Shown: positions 31,212-41,248 of the stretch, piece by piece
How positions within the stretch are numbered: position 1 is the stretch's first letter
Layout: the number at the start of each line of letters is the position of its first letter
DNA from: an uncultured Chloroflexia bacterium
GTDB lineage: Bacteria > Chloroflexota > Limnocylindria > QHBO01
NCBI GenBank assembly: GCA_963770875.1
Contig: CAVYRE010000006.1
Location: forward strand, 393,619 to 457,618
DNA length: 64,000 nt
Direction of reading: 5' to 3'
Translations under genes and position numbers: made by a program
The notes under the pieces: generated by a model
What the model was told of the DNA's origin: nothing
Seen by the model: the letters and a program-made list of their open reading frames with translations, nothing else
The model's database searches: none

Positions 31212-31307
31212 GCCCACAGGGTCCCACCGCGGGCCCTCCCGGGCACCTGCCATTGGGCGGCAGGCCGCGTGACGTTCGGCCCGGCCGCGCTCGAGCCGGG
31301 ACGCGAG

Positions 31308-32228
31308 CTAGTTCAGCAGGTCGGAGATGCTGGTCAGGAGGAAGCCACGTTCCCGCAGGGCGGGCACCATGGTCTTCAGGGCATCGAGCGTCTCGTAGCC
31401 GCCGAGGTGCATCAGCACGATCGAGCCGTCGACGGCGCGGCTCACCACCTTGGCCGAGATCTGCACCGCGGTCGGGCCGCCATCGGAGATTGGCTTCCAG
31501 TCGATCGTGTCGATGTCCCACATGATCGTCTTGGTGTAGCCGACCGACGCCGCCGCGTCGCGGACCGACTGGTTCGTCACGCCATACGGCGGACGCCAGT
31601 AGGGAGCCGGCTGCTGGCCGGCGAGCGGCGCCACGATCGCGGCCGCATCGGTCAGCTCCTTGCGAACGAAGGCGGCGTCGGGGGTGATCCCCTTGCACGG
31701 TGCCGCCGTCGGCGAGCCGCCTCCGCCCTTGACCAGGTCGCAGTGGTGCATGGTGTGGTTGCCGACCTCGAACAGCTCCGGGTGCGCGGCGATGACGGCC
31801 AGCACCTGCTTGCCCCCGGGAGTCTCGGCCATCGCCCCGGTCGGGAAGATCGTGGCGCAGACCCCGTTGGCGATCAGGAAGTTGAGGATGTCGATGCCCG
31901 GGTCGAGGCGACCGCCCATGTCGAGGGTCAGCGCCATGGCATGACCCGCGCCCGGCACCTTCGGGATGATCTGCTGGCTCCCGGCGGCGACGCGGTTGCC
32001 CGCGCGACAGCCACTCGCCGCCTGGGTGGCCGTTGGCTGAACGGTGGGGGTCGGGGTCGCGCTCGGGGTCGCACTCGGGGCCAGCGTCGCACTTGGCGCG
32101 GTCGTGCCGGACGGCGCCGCCGTGGGCGATGCCTGGGAGCTGGCGCCGCCGTCGGGGCTCGGCGTGACGCTGCATGCGCCCAGCAGGACGACGACCGCGG
32201 CCCCCGCGGCGAGCAGGCGCCTCGTCAT
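31308..32228 (-). CDS. Polysaccharide deacetylase (NodB-homology, CE4) lipoprotein.
   Basis: Signal plus lipobox 'VVVLLGAC', a long Ala/Pro/Ser/Thr linker, then a CE4 core ('LTLDMGG', 'GNHTMHHCDL', 'IVLMHLGG'). Confidence 0.85.
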   Translation of the reverse strand: MTRRLLAAGAAVVVLLGACSVTPSPDGGASSQASPTAAPSGTTAPSATLAPSATPSATPTPTVQPTATQAASGCRAGNRVAAGSQQIIPKVPGAGHAMALTLDMGGRLDPGIDILNFLIANGVCATIFPTGAMAETPGGKQVLAVIAAHPELFEVGNHTMHHCDLVKGGGGSPTAAPCKGITPDAAFVRKELTDAAAIVAPLAGQQPAPYWRPPYGVTNQSVRDAAASVGYTKTIMWDIDTIDWKPISDGGPTAVQISAKVVSRAVDGSIVLMHLGGYETLDALKTMVPALRERGFLLTSISDLLN

Positions 32229-32231
32229 GGG

Positions 32232-32960
32232 TCAGTTGGGGTTGTAACGGAGTTCGTCGCGGCCGATCGGTGGCATCGCGCCATCGGCCAGCAGGCGGGC
32301 CTCGCGGCGGAGCAGGTTCAGCTCGGCCTGGAGGCGGCTTGCGCCGTCGGGCTGCTCGAGGAGCTGCTGCTTGCGGTGCAGCTCGACCTGGAGCACGCCC
32401 GCCACCGCGTAGCTCGCGGCGAGCGGGTCATCGGGCAGGTGGATCGGCTTGAGGACCTCGTCCAGCGATGCGGCCACGTCATTGATCTCCGGCGACGCTT
32501 TCCCCACTGACGCCGCAGATGCCACGAAGCGTTTCACGGTCTCGAGGTAGTCATCGAGCGCAGCCTGGACCTGGGGGAGCAGGCTGCCCGCCCTGGCCGC
32601 GTCGCCGAGCGTCTCCGGCAGCGGCTCGACCTCGACCAGCGCATACGGCCCGGACCGATCGACCGCGCCCAGCTGCACCCGTTCGCTGCCCACCACGACG
32701 AGCGCCCAGCGCCCGTCGGCGAACTGCTCGGCGTTCCGGATCTCCGCCACGGTGCCGACCGCGCCGGTGGTGGGCGCCTCCGCGCCCTCTCCCACCTCGT
32801 CGCCGGAGGTGATCGGCGCGATCACGAAGCGCCCACGGTACGGGGAGCCATCGGCCAGGAGGTCGCGCGTCATCGCCCGATAGCGCTCCTCGAAGATGTG
32901 GAGCGGCAGCGGCAGGTGCGGGAAGAGGACAAGGCGGAGCGGGAAGCAGGGCAGCCGCAT
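32232..32960 (-). CDS. LON N-terminal (substrate-binding) domain protein, stand-alone.
   Basis: 242 aa starting 'MRLPCFPLRLVLFPHLPLPLHIFEERYRAM', the hallmark LON-N start. No AAA+ or protease domain follows. Confidence 0.8.
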   Translation of the reverse strand: MRLPCFPLRLVLFPHLPLPLHIFEERYRAMTRDLLADGSPYRGRFVIAPITSGDEVGEGAEAPTTGAVGTVAEIRNAEQFADGRWALVVVGSERVQLGAVDRSGPYALVEVEPLPETLGDAARAGSLLPQVQAALDDYLETVKRFVASAASVGKASPEINDVAASLDEVLKPIHLPDDPLAASYAVAGVLQVELHRKQQLLEQPDGASRLQAELNLLRREARLLADGAMPPIGRDELRYNPN

Positions 32961-32969
32961 GGGCAGTCC

Positions 32970-34511
32970 CTAGACCTGCTCCTGGTCGACGAAGTTCATG
33001 TCGATCTGCGCGCGCTGGAGCTTCCCGGAGTAGTCGATGTAGACGCTCTTCCACTCGCTGAAGAAGTCGAGCGCGGCCTGACCCACCTCGCGGTGCCCGT
33101 TGCCGGTCGCCTTGGTGCCACCGAACGGCAGGTGCGCCTCGGCGCCAATGGTGCCGTGGTTCACGTACCCCAGCCCCGAGTCGAAGTCGCGGATCGAGCG
33201 GAAGGCAAGGTTGATGTCGCGCGTGAAGAGCGAGGTCGAGAGGCCGTACTTCACGGAGTTCACGATTCGCACCGTCTCCTCCCACGAGTCGACGGCGAGG
33301 ACCGATGTCACCGGACCGAAGATCTCCTCGAGGGCGATGCGCGCATCGGGCTTTACGTCGGCGAAGATGGTCGGCTGGAAGAAGCTTCCCTTGGCGAGCG
33401 CGCCATCGCGCGCCGGCTCGCCGCCGATCACCAGCTCTGCCTCGTTGCGACCGATCGCCGCGTATGCCGCGATCCGCTCGACCGCCTTGTCGTTGATCAC
33501 CGGCCCGACATCGGTCCCCTCCACCAGCCCGTCGCCCAGGACGAGCGACGCGACGCGCTTGCGGAGCATCTCGACGAACTGGTCGTGGACGTTGCGATGC
33601 ACGATCAGCCGCGAGGCCGCGGTGCAGCGCTGGCCGCTCGTGCCGAAGGCCGACCAGACCGCGCTGTCGAGGGCGAGGCCCAGGTCCGCGTCCTCCCAGA
33701 CGACGATCGGGTTCTTGCCGCCCAGCTCCAGGCTGACGCGCTTGAGCGTCTCCGCCGCACGGCGGGAGATCTCGACGCCGGTATCGGTGTGGCCGGTGAA
33801 GCTGATGACCCGGACCTCGGGATGCTCGACGATGGCGTTGCCTACCTCGCCGCCCGAGCCGGTCACGACGTTGACGACGCCATCGGGGATGCCGCCCTCG
33901 AGCAGCAGCTCGACGAAGCGGAGCATGCAGGCGGGGGTGTCGCTGGCCGGCTTCATGACCGCGGTGTTGCCGCAGATGAGCGCCGGGAAGAGCTTCCAGC
34001 CCGGGATCGCGATCGGGAAGTTCCAGGGAGTGATGATGCCGACCACGCCGATCGGCTTGCGAATCGCCATGGCGAACTTGTCGGGCATCTCCGAGGGCAC
34101 GGTCTGGCCGAAGAGGCGCCGCCCCTCGCCGGCCATGTAGTAGGCGACGTCGATCGCCTCCTGCACGTCACCCCGCGCCTCGGTGAGCACCTTGCCCATC
34201 TCGCGCGTCATGAGCCGCGACAGCTCTTCCTTGTGCTCGGCCAGGATGCGCGCCACCTTGAACAGGATCTCGCCGCGCTTCGGCGCCGGCATGAGTGACC
34301 AGGCCGGGAAGGCGGCCTTGGCCGCCGCCACCGCAGCGTCCACGTCGGCTGTGCCGCTCGCCGGGAAGGTGCCGATCACCTCCTCGTGGTTCGCCGGGCT
34401 GACGCTGTCGAAGGTCTTGCCCGATGCCGCGGCGACCCATCGGCCGCCGATCAGGTTCTTGTAGCTCGTGGTGGCGATGGTCACGGTGAGAGGCTCCTCA
34501 TGGGACGGCAC
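32970..34511 (-). CDS. NAD(P)-dependent aldehyde dehydrogenase family protein.
   Basis: 513 aa, GTG start. 'ITPWNFPIAIPGWKLFPALICGNTAVMKPAS', 'LELGGKNPIVV', catalytic Cys 'GQRCTAASR'. Confidence 0.9.
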   Translation of the reverse strand: MPSHEEPLTVTIATTSYKNLIGGRWVAAASGKTFDSVSPANHEEVIGTFPASGTADVDAAVAAAKAAFPAWSLMPAPKRGEILFKVARILAEHKEELSRLMTREMGKVLTEARGDVQEAIDVAYYMAGEGRRLFGQTVPSEMPDKFAMAIRKPIGVVGIITPWNFPIAIPGWKLFPALICGNTAVMKPASDTPACMLRFVELLLEGGIPDGVVNVVTGSGGEVGNAIVEHPEVRVISFTGHTDTGVEISRRAAETLKRVSLELGGKNPIVVWEDADLGLALDSAVWSAFGTSGQRCTAASRLIVHRNVHDQFVEMLRKRVASLVLGDGLVEGTDVGPVINDKAVERIAAYAAIGRNEAELVIGGEPARDGALAKGSFFQPTIFADVKPDARIALEEIFGPVTSVLAVDSWEETVRIVNSVKYGLSTSLFTRDINLAFRSIRDFDSGLGYVNHGTIGAEAHLPFGGTKATGNGHREVGQAALDFFSEWKSVYIDYSGKLQRAQIDMNFVDQEQV

Positions 34512-34601
34512 AATGCCGATGCTCGAAGTCGTGTGGGACTCGATTGTAGGCCGGCCGGTCGTCGCGCACGATCGGCGATCATCTGGCGAACGGACTCGCG
34601 A

Positions 34602-34997
34602 ATGAGGTGCGACGTGAACTCCTGGCCAACGGGCATTGCGGCCATCACGCTCTTCGTCGAGGACCTGATGGCGGCGAGGCAGTTCTACCTGGACGTATTT
34701 GGCCTGCCGGTCTTCTTCGAGAACGACGACTCTGCCGTGTTCAAGTTTGGGGAGACGCTCGTCAACCTGCTGAAGGTCGATCAGGCACCGGAACTCATTG
34801 ACCCTGCGGTGGTGGCTAGCCGCGAGGCTGGAGCGCGGTTCCAGTTCACCCTTGAGGTCGACGACGTTGATGCGATGTGCGAGAAGCTACGCGGCCTCGG
34901 GGTGGAACTCCTGAATGGCCCGATGGATCGGCCGTGGGGACCGCGAACGGCAAGCTTCAGGGATCCCGCCGCCAACATCTGGGAGATCGCCCACTAG
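34602..34997 (+). CDS. VOC (glyoxalase/bleomycin-resistance/dioxygenase) family protein.
   Basis: 131 aa from internal ATG. 'IAAITLFVEDLMAARQFYLDVFGLP' is a typical VOC beta-alpha-beta-beta-beta start. Confidence 0.8.
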   Translation: MRCDVNSWPTGIAAITLFVEDLMAARQFYLDVFGLPVFFENDDSAVFKFGETLVNLLKVDQAPELIDPAVVASREAGARFQFTLEVDDVDAMCEKLRGLGVELLNGPMDRPWGPRTASFRDPAANIWEIAH

Positions 34998-35386
34998 GTC
35001 GCCGGGACCTTCGCCGGGCCTTCGGCTGCCGCGATACACGCCCCTCCCCGATCGCTTTCGGTCCGGTACCAGGCGAGGTAGTCGAGGAGCTCTTCCTGCT
35101 CCTCCTCGGTGATGTCCGAGAAGAGCGCAGCGGCGACCGTCGTGACCGGGCTGGTCTTGGACGCGCCCGGTACGTGATAGCCGCTGAGCTGCATGAGGTC
35201 GGCGTACGGCACGCCCAGGGCCGCACTGAGCTGGAGAAGAATCGGCGGCGATGGCTTCTTGACCGCGTCGTTCTCGAGCTTGCTGAGATAGGCCGCGGAG
35301 ATGCCCGCGGCTCGCGCCGCGTCAACCGCGGAAAGCTCGCGCACCTCGCGGGCCTGCCTGAGCACGGATCCGATCGATGGTGCCAT
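34994..35386 (-). CDS. XRE-family helix-turn-helix transcriptional regulator.
   Basis: 130 aa, 'LRQAREVRELSAVDAARAAGISAAYLSKLEND' (HTH_XRE). Confidence 0.8.
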   Translation of the reverse strand: MAPSIGSVLRQAREVRELSAVDAARAAGISAAYLSKLENDAVKKPSPPILLQLSAALGVPYADLMQLSGYHVPGASKTSPVTTVAAALFSDITEEEQEELLDYLAWYRTESDRGGACIAAAEGPAKVPAT

Positions 35387-35536
35387 GGTTTCCACACTAC
35401 AGTTGGTATCAGAATCTACAGTTGACAATACTACCACACGGTGCTCTACTGCCGGCAACAGCATTGGCCGGTGCGTAACCCGGCGGTGGTCCTGCTCCAC
35501 CGCTCCTCCGGATGCCGACAGCGTACGGAGGAACCC

Positions 35537-36019
35537 ATGTCCATCGACCAGGTCGACCAAACGGTCGTCACCGAGTCTCCCGTGACCGAGACACCGGTGA
35601 ACGAAGCGCCTGTGACCGAGGTGCACGCGAACCAGGCAGCCGCGGAACCTGCCACAACCCAGCGGACAGTCCAGACCGAGAGTCGCCACACCACGAGGAG
35701 TCGTCCGGGAGGCTCGGAACTTACCCGGCGGGTCACCGTGCTCCTCTTCGGGCTGATCCAGATCGTCATCGGGGCAAGGATCATCCTCTTGATCCTCGAT
35801 GCCCGGGAGGCGAACGGCATCGTCGCGGCGATCCTGAACGTGAGCCAGCTCTTCGTGGCGCCGTTCAACGGGATCCTCCACACCAACGGCCTCACTGCGG
35901 GCGGCTCCACGCTGGACATGGCGGCCATCCTGGCGCTCGTCGGCTGGTCGGTCCTGGAGCTGATCGTGATCTGGGGCACTGGCATCTTCAGTCGTGAGCC
36001 GGCCTACGGCGTGAGTTGA
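35537..36019 (+). CDS. Membrane protein with an N-terminal acidic/Thr-Glu-rich region and C-terminal TM helices (YggT-like?). It is divergent from the XRE regulator.
   Basis: ATG after a GGAGGAA RBS. Repetitive 'TESPVTETPVNEAPVTEV', then hydrophobic 'VTVLLFGLIQIVIGARIILLIL'. Confidence 0.6.
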   Translation: MSIDQVDQTVVTESPVTETPVNEAPVTEVHANQAAAEPATTQRTVQTESRHTTRSRPGGSELTRRVTVLLFGLIQIVIGARIILLILDAREANGIVAAILNVSQLFVAPFNGILHTNGLTAGGSTLDMAAILALVGWSVLELIVIWGTGIFSREPAYGVS

Positions 36020-36108
36020 CCGCCTAGCGGTCCCCAGATGGGCCGGGACTGGCCCGCAGATCGCGCCGGACGCAAGTCGCCGACGCGGGAACGAAAGGTA
36101 CGAACCAA

Positions 36109-36384
36109 ATGGGAATGGGACTCCTCTCCTGGATCGTCGTCGGCGCAATCGCCGGATGGTTGGCAAGTCAGGTCATGCAGGCCCGCGAGGGGCTGCTGAT
36201 GATGATCGTGCTCGGCATCGTGGGCGGGCTGGTGGGCGGCTACGTCGCCTCGAACCTGCTCAAGATCGGCGACGTTACCGGCATCAATATCGGGAGCATC
36301 CTGATCGCCACGCTGGGCGCGATCGCGGTCATCTTCGTGGTGCACCTGGCGACCGGTTCGCGAGGCATGCTCAGCCGGCGGTAG
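36109..36384 (+). CDS. GlsB/YeaQ/YmgE family stress-response membrane protein (transglycosylase-associated protein).
   Basis: 91 aa, 'MGLLSWIVVGAIAGWLASQVM...MMIVLGIVGGLVGGYVASNLL' matches the family closely. Confidence 0.85.
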   Translation: MGMGLLSWIVVGAIAGWLASQVMQAREGLLMMIVLGIVGGLVGGYVASNLLKIGDVTGINIGSILIATLGAIAVIFVVHLATGSRGMLSRR

Positions 36385-36407
36385 TCAGCCGGCGGGTACG
36401 CAATCTG

Positions 36408-36437
36408 AGCCTGGCGGTGGCGATCCACTGCCAGGCT
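36408..36437. terminator. Hairpin (13-bp stem with 1 mismatch, loop cgat) between convergent GlsB-like gene and fumC; a bidirectional terminator candidate.
   Basis: agcctggcggtgg-cgat-ccactgccaggct. Confidence 0.4.
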
Positions 36438-36440
36438 TCT

Positions 36441-37838
36441 TCATGCGGGCGGGCGAGTCATCCCCATGACGTCGAGGAGACGGTCGAGGTCGGCGAGGCT
36501 GACCTTGCCCGACTCGACGTGGCCGCGCTCGATCACGACCTGGCGGATCGTCTTGCGCTCGGCGAGCGCCTGCTTGGCGATGCTCGCCACCTCCTCGTAG
36601 CCGAGGATCGAGTTCAGGGCCGTCGCGATCGAGGGCGACGCCCTCGGCGAACTCACGGGCGCGTGCCTCGTCAGCGGCGATGCCGCTGACGCATCGGTCT
36701 GCAAACAGGACCGATGCGGATGACAGCAGCCGGATCGACTCCAGCAGGTTGCGCGCCAGCATCGGCAGCATGATGTTCAGCTCGAAGTTGCCGGCCGCGC
36801 CGCCGAAGGCGATCGACGCGTCGTTGCCGATCACCTGGGCGCAGACCATGGAGAGCGCCTCGGGGATCACCGGGTTCACCTTGCCGGGCATGATCGACGA
36901 GCCCGGCTGGAGATCGGGCAGGTGGATCTCCGCCAGGCCGGCGCGCGGCCCGGAGCCCATCCAGCGGATGTCCGTCGCGATCTTGTAGAGGCCGATGGCG
37001 ATCGATCCGCAGCTGCCCGCTCAGCTCGACCAGCGCGTCGCGGGCGCCCTGCGCCTCGAAGTGGTTGCGCGCCTCGGTGAGCGGCAGCTCGGTGGAGGAT
37101 GCCAGCTCCGCGATGACCGCCGCCGCGAAGCCAGCCGGGGCGTTGATCCCGGTGCCGACCGCGGTGCCGCCCAGGGCAAGCTCGGCGACCCTCGGGAGGG
37201 TCGACTCGAGCCGCTCGATTCCGTAGCGGACCTGCGCTGCGTAGCCGGAGAACTCCTGCCCCAGGGTCACCGGCGTTGCATCCATCAGGTGCGTGCGGCC
37301 GGACTTCACGACGCCGGCGAACTCGCCCGCCTTGCCCTCGAGCGCCACCGCCAGTCGGCGCAGGGCGGGGATGAGCGTCATTGACGACGCCATCGGTCGC
37401 CGCCAGGTGGATCGCCGACGGGAAGACGTCGTTGCTCGACTGGCTGGCGTTGACCTTGTCGTTCGGATGAACCGGCCGGCCCAGGCGCTCCCCGGCAACG
37501 TTGGCGATCACCTCGTTGGCGTTCATGTTCGACGAGGTGCCGGACCCGGTCTGGTAGACGTCGATCGGGAAGTGGTCGTCCCAGCCACCGTCGGCCACCT
37601 CGAGCGCGGCGGTCCGGATGGCGGCGGCGGTCTCGGCATCCAGCACGCCCAGCGCGGCGTTGGCGCTCGCCGCCGCGGCCTTGATCCGGCCCAGGGCGTG
37701 GATCAGCTCCGGATCGATGCGCTGCCCGCTGATCGGGAAGTTCTCGATGGCGCGCTGAGTGGTGGCTCCCCACCGCGCGCCGGCCGGGACGTGGACCTCG
37801 CCCATGGAATCGTGCTCGACCCGGTCGCCATCGGTCAT
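36441..37838 (-). CDS. fumC: Fumarate hydratase class II, interrupted by about three apparent frameshifts (~37380, ~36990, ~36710).
   Basis: Colinear fumarase homology spread over four overlapping ORFs. N-terminus '[38 protein letters not shown]'. Signature '[11 protein letters not shown]'. C-terminus '[28 protein letters not shown]'. Total span 1398 nt equals an intact ~465-aa FumC. Confidence 0.9.
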
Positions 37839-38347
37839 CGGTCGAAGTCCGAGCCGCGGTCCATCTCGACGAAGCGGATCACCGGCGGGATCAGGTACGG
37901 GACGAGGCCCTGGTTCAGGTCGTTCAGGATGAGCTGACCCTTCGCCACCAGCTCGCTCACGACCAGGCCGCGATGCGCCGGCTCGTACTTCGCCAGCTTC
38001 TCCAGCCCCTCGGCGAGCTTGTTGCGCGCGCCGCGCGCGTTGCGGCGCTGGAGGTGGAGCAGTCCGGCGGCGACCTGGATCAGCCCCTGGTAGAAATCAC
38101 GGTCCTCGTCAGAGGCGGCCCGCCATAGCGTCTCCCAGGCCTCGTGCGCGTGCCAGTAGCGCAGCCCGTTGAAGAGGGCCACGCCGGTGTGCAGCAGCTC
38201 GTGCTGCTCCTTCTCGGGAAGCGGCGGGGTGCGGCCTCGGGCGAGCTGCGGCTCGAGCTCGGACACTGGCGGAGCAGCCGCCGCCACCGCGCCGTTCCTG
38301 GGCCGCCTGGCGCGTGCGGGCACGGGCTTCGTCTTCGCGTCAGCCAT
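37835..38347 (-). CDS. DUF309-domain protein.
   Basis: 170 aa, '[21 protein letters not shown]' matches the DUF309 core. ATGA overlap with fumC. Confidence 0.7.
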   Translation of the reverse strand: MADAKTKPVPARARRPRNGAVAAAAPPVSELEPQLARGRTPPLPEKEQHELLHTGVALFNGLRYWHAHEAWETLWRAASDEDRDFYQGLIQVAAGLLHLQRRNARGARNKLAEGLEKLAKYEPAHRGLVVSELVAKGQLILNDLNQGLVPYLIPPVIRFVEMDRGSDFDR

Positions 38348-38388
38348 CGGCTCGGATGATAGCCGTCGATTCCTGTACGGTTCGCGTC

Positions 38389-38826
38389 ATGCCACTTACC
38401 GGTGACTACGAGCCTGGCACCTCTTCCTGGTCGCGCAAGAACGTCGAGCTGTACGAGGCGACGAACGGCAAGGACGGCGGCGAGCTTCGCGGCCGCCCGG
38501 TGATCGTGCTCACGTCGCTCGGCGCGAAGACCGGGAAGCTGCGCAAGACGGCGCTGATGCGCGTCGAGCACGAGGGCACCTACGCGGTGGTTGCATCCCT
38601 CGGCGGCGCCCCCATGAACCCGGCCTGGTACCACAACCTCGCCGAGCACCCCCACGTCGAGCTCCAGGATCGCGCCACGAAGCGCGACTACCTGGCGCGC
38701 GAGGTGACCGGCGACGAGAAGGCCCTCTGGTGGGAGCGCGCCGTCGAAACGTGGCCCGACTACGCGAGCTACCAGGAGAAGACCACCCGCCAGATCCCGG
38801 TCTTCGTCCTCGACCCGATGGACTAG
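38389..38826 (+). CDS. Deazaflavin (F420)-dependent nitroreductase family protein (DUF385 / PPOX-class F420H2-dependent reductase).
   Basis: 145 aa, '[36 protein letters not shown]...PAWYHNL', typical of Ddn-like F420H2-dependent reductases. Confidence 0.8.
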   Translation: MPLTGDYEPGTSSWSRKNVELYEATNGKDGGELRGRPVIVLTSLGAKTGKLRKTALMRVEHEGTYAVVASLGGAPMNPAWYHNLAEHPHVELQDRATKRDYLAREVTGDEKALWWERAVETWPDYASYQEKTTRQIPVFVLDPMD

Positions 38827-38898
38827 GGCACCACAGTCCTCCACGCCGCGTTCACAATTCGCGCACATCGGGCCGCGACGCTTGCCTCATCGGATCCA

Positions 38899-39336
38899 GT
38901 GAGGATCCACAACGAGGAGAGTCGTTCCCATGTAGGCTTCTTCAGATTCGTCGCCTTCCTGCTCCTGGTGGGGCTGCTGGCAGTGGTCGGCGTCAACATC
39001 TACAACGCCGGCGTGACGGCGGGCATCAACTCGGACATCGGCCACGCGATCGCTTCCGGCGCGGCGATTCCGGCCGGCTTCACCTCCAGCGGCTACCTCG
39101 GGCAGCCGTGGGGCGTCGGATTCGGGTTCGGCGGGTTCCTGATCGGGCTGTTCTTCCTGTTCATCTTCTTCGCGCTGATCCGCGCAGCCTTCGGCATGGG
39201 CCGAATGGGCGGTCATCGCGGCCCGGGCGGTTACGGCAGATGGGGCCGCCACAGCGGCTGGCACGACTACATGGGCAGCTGGCACGACGAGCAGCACGGC
39301 AAGGCGCCGGATGCTGCGACGCCGGACAAGGCCTGA
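38899..39336 (+). CDS. Hypothetical small membrane protein with a Gly/His/Trp-rich C-terminal tail.
   Basis: Two hydrophobic segments ('FVAFLLLVGLLAVVGV', 'GFLIGLFFLFIFFALI') then 'GMGRMGGHRGPGGYGRWGRHSGWHDYMGSWHDEQHG'. Start codon uncertain. Confidence 0.45.
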   Translation: MRIHNEESRSHVGFFRFVAFLLLVGLLAVVGVNIYNAGVTAGINSDIGHAIASGAAIPAGFTSSGYLGQPWGVGFGFGGFLIGLFFLFIFFALIRAAFGMGRMGGHRGPGGYGRWGRHSGWHDYMGSWHDEQHGKAPDAATPDKA

Positions 39337-39388
39337 CCTTTTCAAAGGCCGATACGGACGGGCGGCCGGCGCCGCCCGTCCGACTACC

Positions 39389-40072
39389 ATGCCGAACGTG
39401 GCACGCATCCTCGTCGTCGACGACGAGCCCAAGATCGTCCAGCTCGTCCGCGACTACCTGGAGCGGGCGGGCTTCGCGGTCTCCACGGCGCGCGACGGCA
39501 ACGAGGCGCTGATGCGGGCACACCCCGAGCGTCCCGACCTGATCGTCCTCGACCTGGGCCTGCCGCAGCTCGACGGGCTCGAGGTCACGCGGCGTCTGCG
39601 CCGCGACTCGGGCGTGCCGATCATCATGCTCACTGCCCGCCACGAGGAGACCGACAAGGTGGTCGGCCTCGAGCTGGGGGCCGATGACTACGTCACGAAG
39701 CCGTTCAGCCCGCGCGAGCTCGAGGCGCGGGTGCGCGCCGTGCTGCGTCGCCAGGGAGCGCCGGACTCCGAGGTGCTGCGCGCCGGCGACCTGACCCTGG
39801 ACGTGCCGCGCCTCCGCACCGAGGTCGCAGGCCGGCCGGTGCAACTGACCGCGACCGAGTTCCAGCTGCTCACCACCCTCGCCCGCCAGCCGGGCCGCGT
39901 CTTCACCCGTTCCCAGCTGCTCGACGCGATCCACGGCGTCGCCTTCGAGTCGTACGAGCGGGCGATCGACGCGCACGTCAAGAACATTCGCCGCAAGATC
40001 GAGCCCGACCCGGGCACGCCCCGCTACCTGCTCACCGTCTACGGCGTCGGCTACCGGCTGGCCGATGCGTAA
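39389..40072 (+). CDS. OmpR-family two-component response regulator.
   Basis: 'ILVVDDEPKIVQLV...DLIVLDLGLPQLDG' receiver domain plus winged-helix 'LTATEFQLL...YLLTVYGVGYRL'. Confidence 0.9.
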   Translation: MPNVARILVVDDEPKIVQLVRDYLERAGFAVSTARDGNEALMRAHPERPDLIVLDLGLPQLDGLEVTRRLRRDSGVPIIMLTARHEETDKVVGLELGADDYVTKPFSPRELEARVRAVLRRQGAPDSEVLRAGDLTLDVPRLRTEVAGRPVQLTATEFQLLTTLARQPGRVFTRSQLLDAIHGVAFESYERAIDAHVKNIRRKIEPDPGTPRYLLTVYGVGYRLADA

Positions 40073-41169
40073 CGATCGTTGGCGCTACCGGCGTCACAAG
40101 CCGCCGTGGTGGCCGGAGGGCGAGGCCTGGCCGCCGGACGCCCGGACCGACCCGGAATCGTGGCGCCGCATGCGCGGCCATTTCATGTGGCGCATCGGCT
40201 GCTTCTTCATGCTCATGGTGGCGATGCTGGTGACGGTCATCGCGCTGTTCGCCTGGCTGATCGGCAGCGCGCTCGGTGCCGCCGGGATCGCCGGCGATCG
40301 GGATCCTCATCGGCCTCCTCGTCCTGTTCGTCCTGCTCAACGTCGGCCGGTCGCTGCGCCGTGCCGCGGCGCCGGTGGGTGACATGATCGAAGCCTCGGG
40401 CCGGGTCGAAGCGGGCGACTTCAGCACGCGGGTCCCCGAGCGCGGCCCGCGGGAGGTCCGCATGCTCGCCCGCGCCTTCAACGAGATGAGCGCCCGGCTG
40501 GAGGAGGTCGAGCAGCAGCGCCGATCCGCCCTGGCCGATGTCTCCCACGAGCTGCGCACGCCGCTCACCGTGATCCAGGGCAACCTCGAGGCCCTGCTCG
40601 ACGGCGTCTACCCGGCCGATGCCGCCCATCTCCAGCCGATCCTCGAGGAGACGCGCCTGATGGAGCGACTGATCGAGGACCTGCGCACCCTGACCCTGGC
40701 CGAGGCCGGCAGCCTCACCCTCCATCGCGAGCCCACCGACCTCGGAGCGTTGCTCAATGAGGTCGCGGCGGGCTACCGCAGCCAGGCCGATGAGGCCGGC
40801 GTCGCCCTGACCGTCACCGCGGCCGGCGACCTCCCGACCCTCGAGATCGACCCGGCTCGCATCCGCGAGGTCGTCTCGAACCTGCTGGCCAACGCGCTGC
40901 GTCACACCCCGCGCGACGGCAGGGTCGAGGTGTCAGCTGCCCTCGCCGGCGACGCTGTCGAGGTCACCGTGCATGACACCGGCAGCGGCATCCCCCCGGA
41001 ACAGCTCGATCGGATCTTCGACCGCTTCTACCGCTCCCCCCACTCTCCGGGAAGCGGCCTCGGCCTCCCGATCGCCAGGAGTCTCGTGGAGGCACACGGC
41101 GGGACGATGAAGGCGACTTCTGAGGTCGGCGGCACAACGATTCGTTTCAGCCTGCCCGCAGCGGTCTGA
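40065..41169 (+). CDS. Sensor histidine kinase (HAMP-HisKA-HATPase), with an apparent frameshift near nt 40290.
   Basis: N-terminal TM ORF 40065..40382 continues in ORF 40276..41169. H-box 'ADVSHELRTPLT'; G-boxes 'DTGSGIP', 'GSGLGLPIA'. The junction reads through if one G is removed from 'gccggcgatc'. Confidence 0.85.
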
Positions 41170-41248
41170 TTCCGGAGCGCGCCCTAGCCGTGCGGCGTGC
41201 GGGCGCGCACAATCTGGCACAGCGGAATTGCCTCGAGGAGGCCTGATC

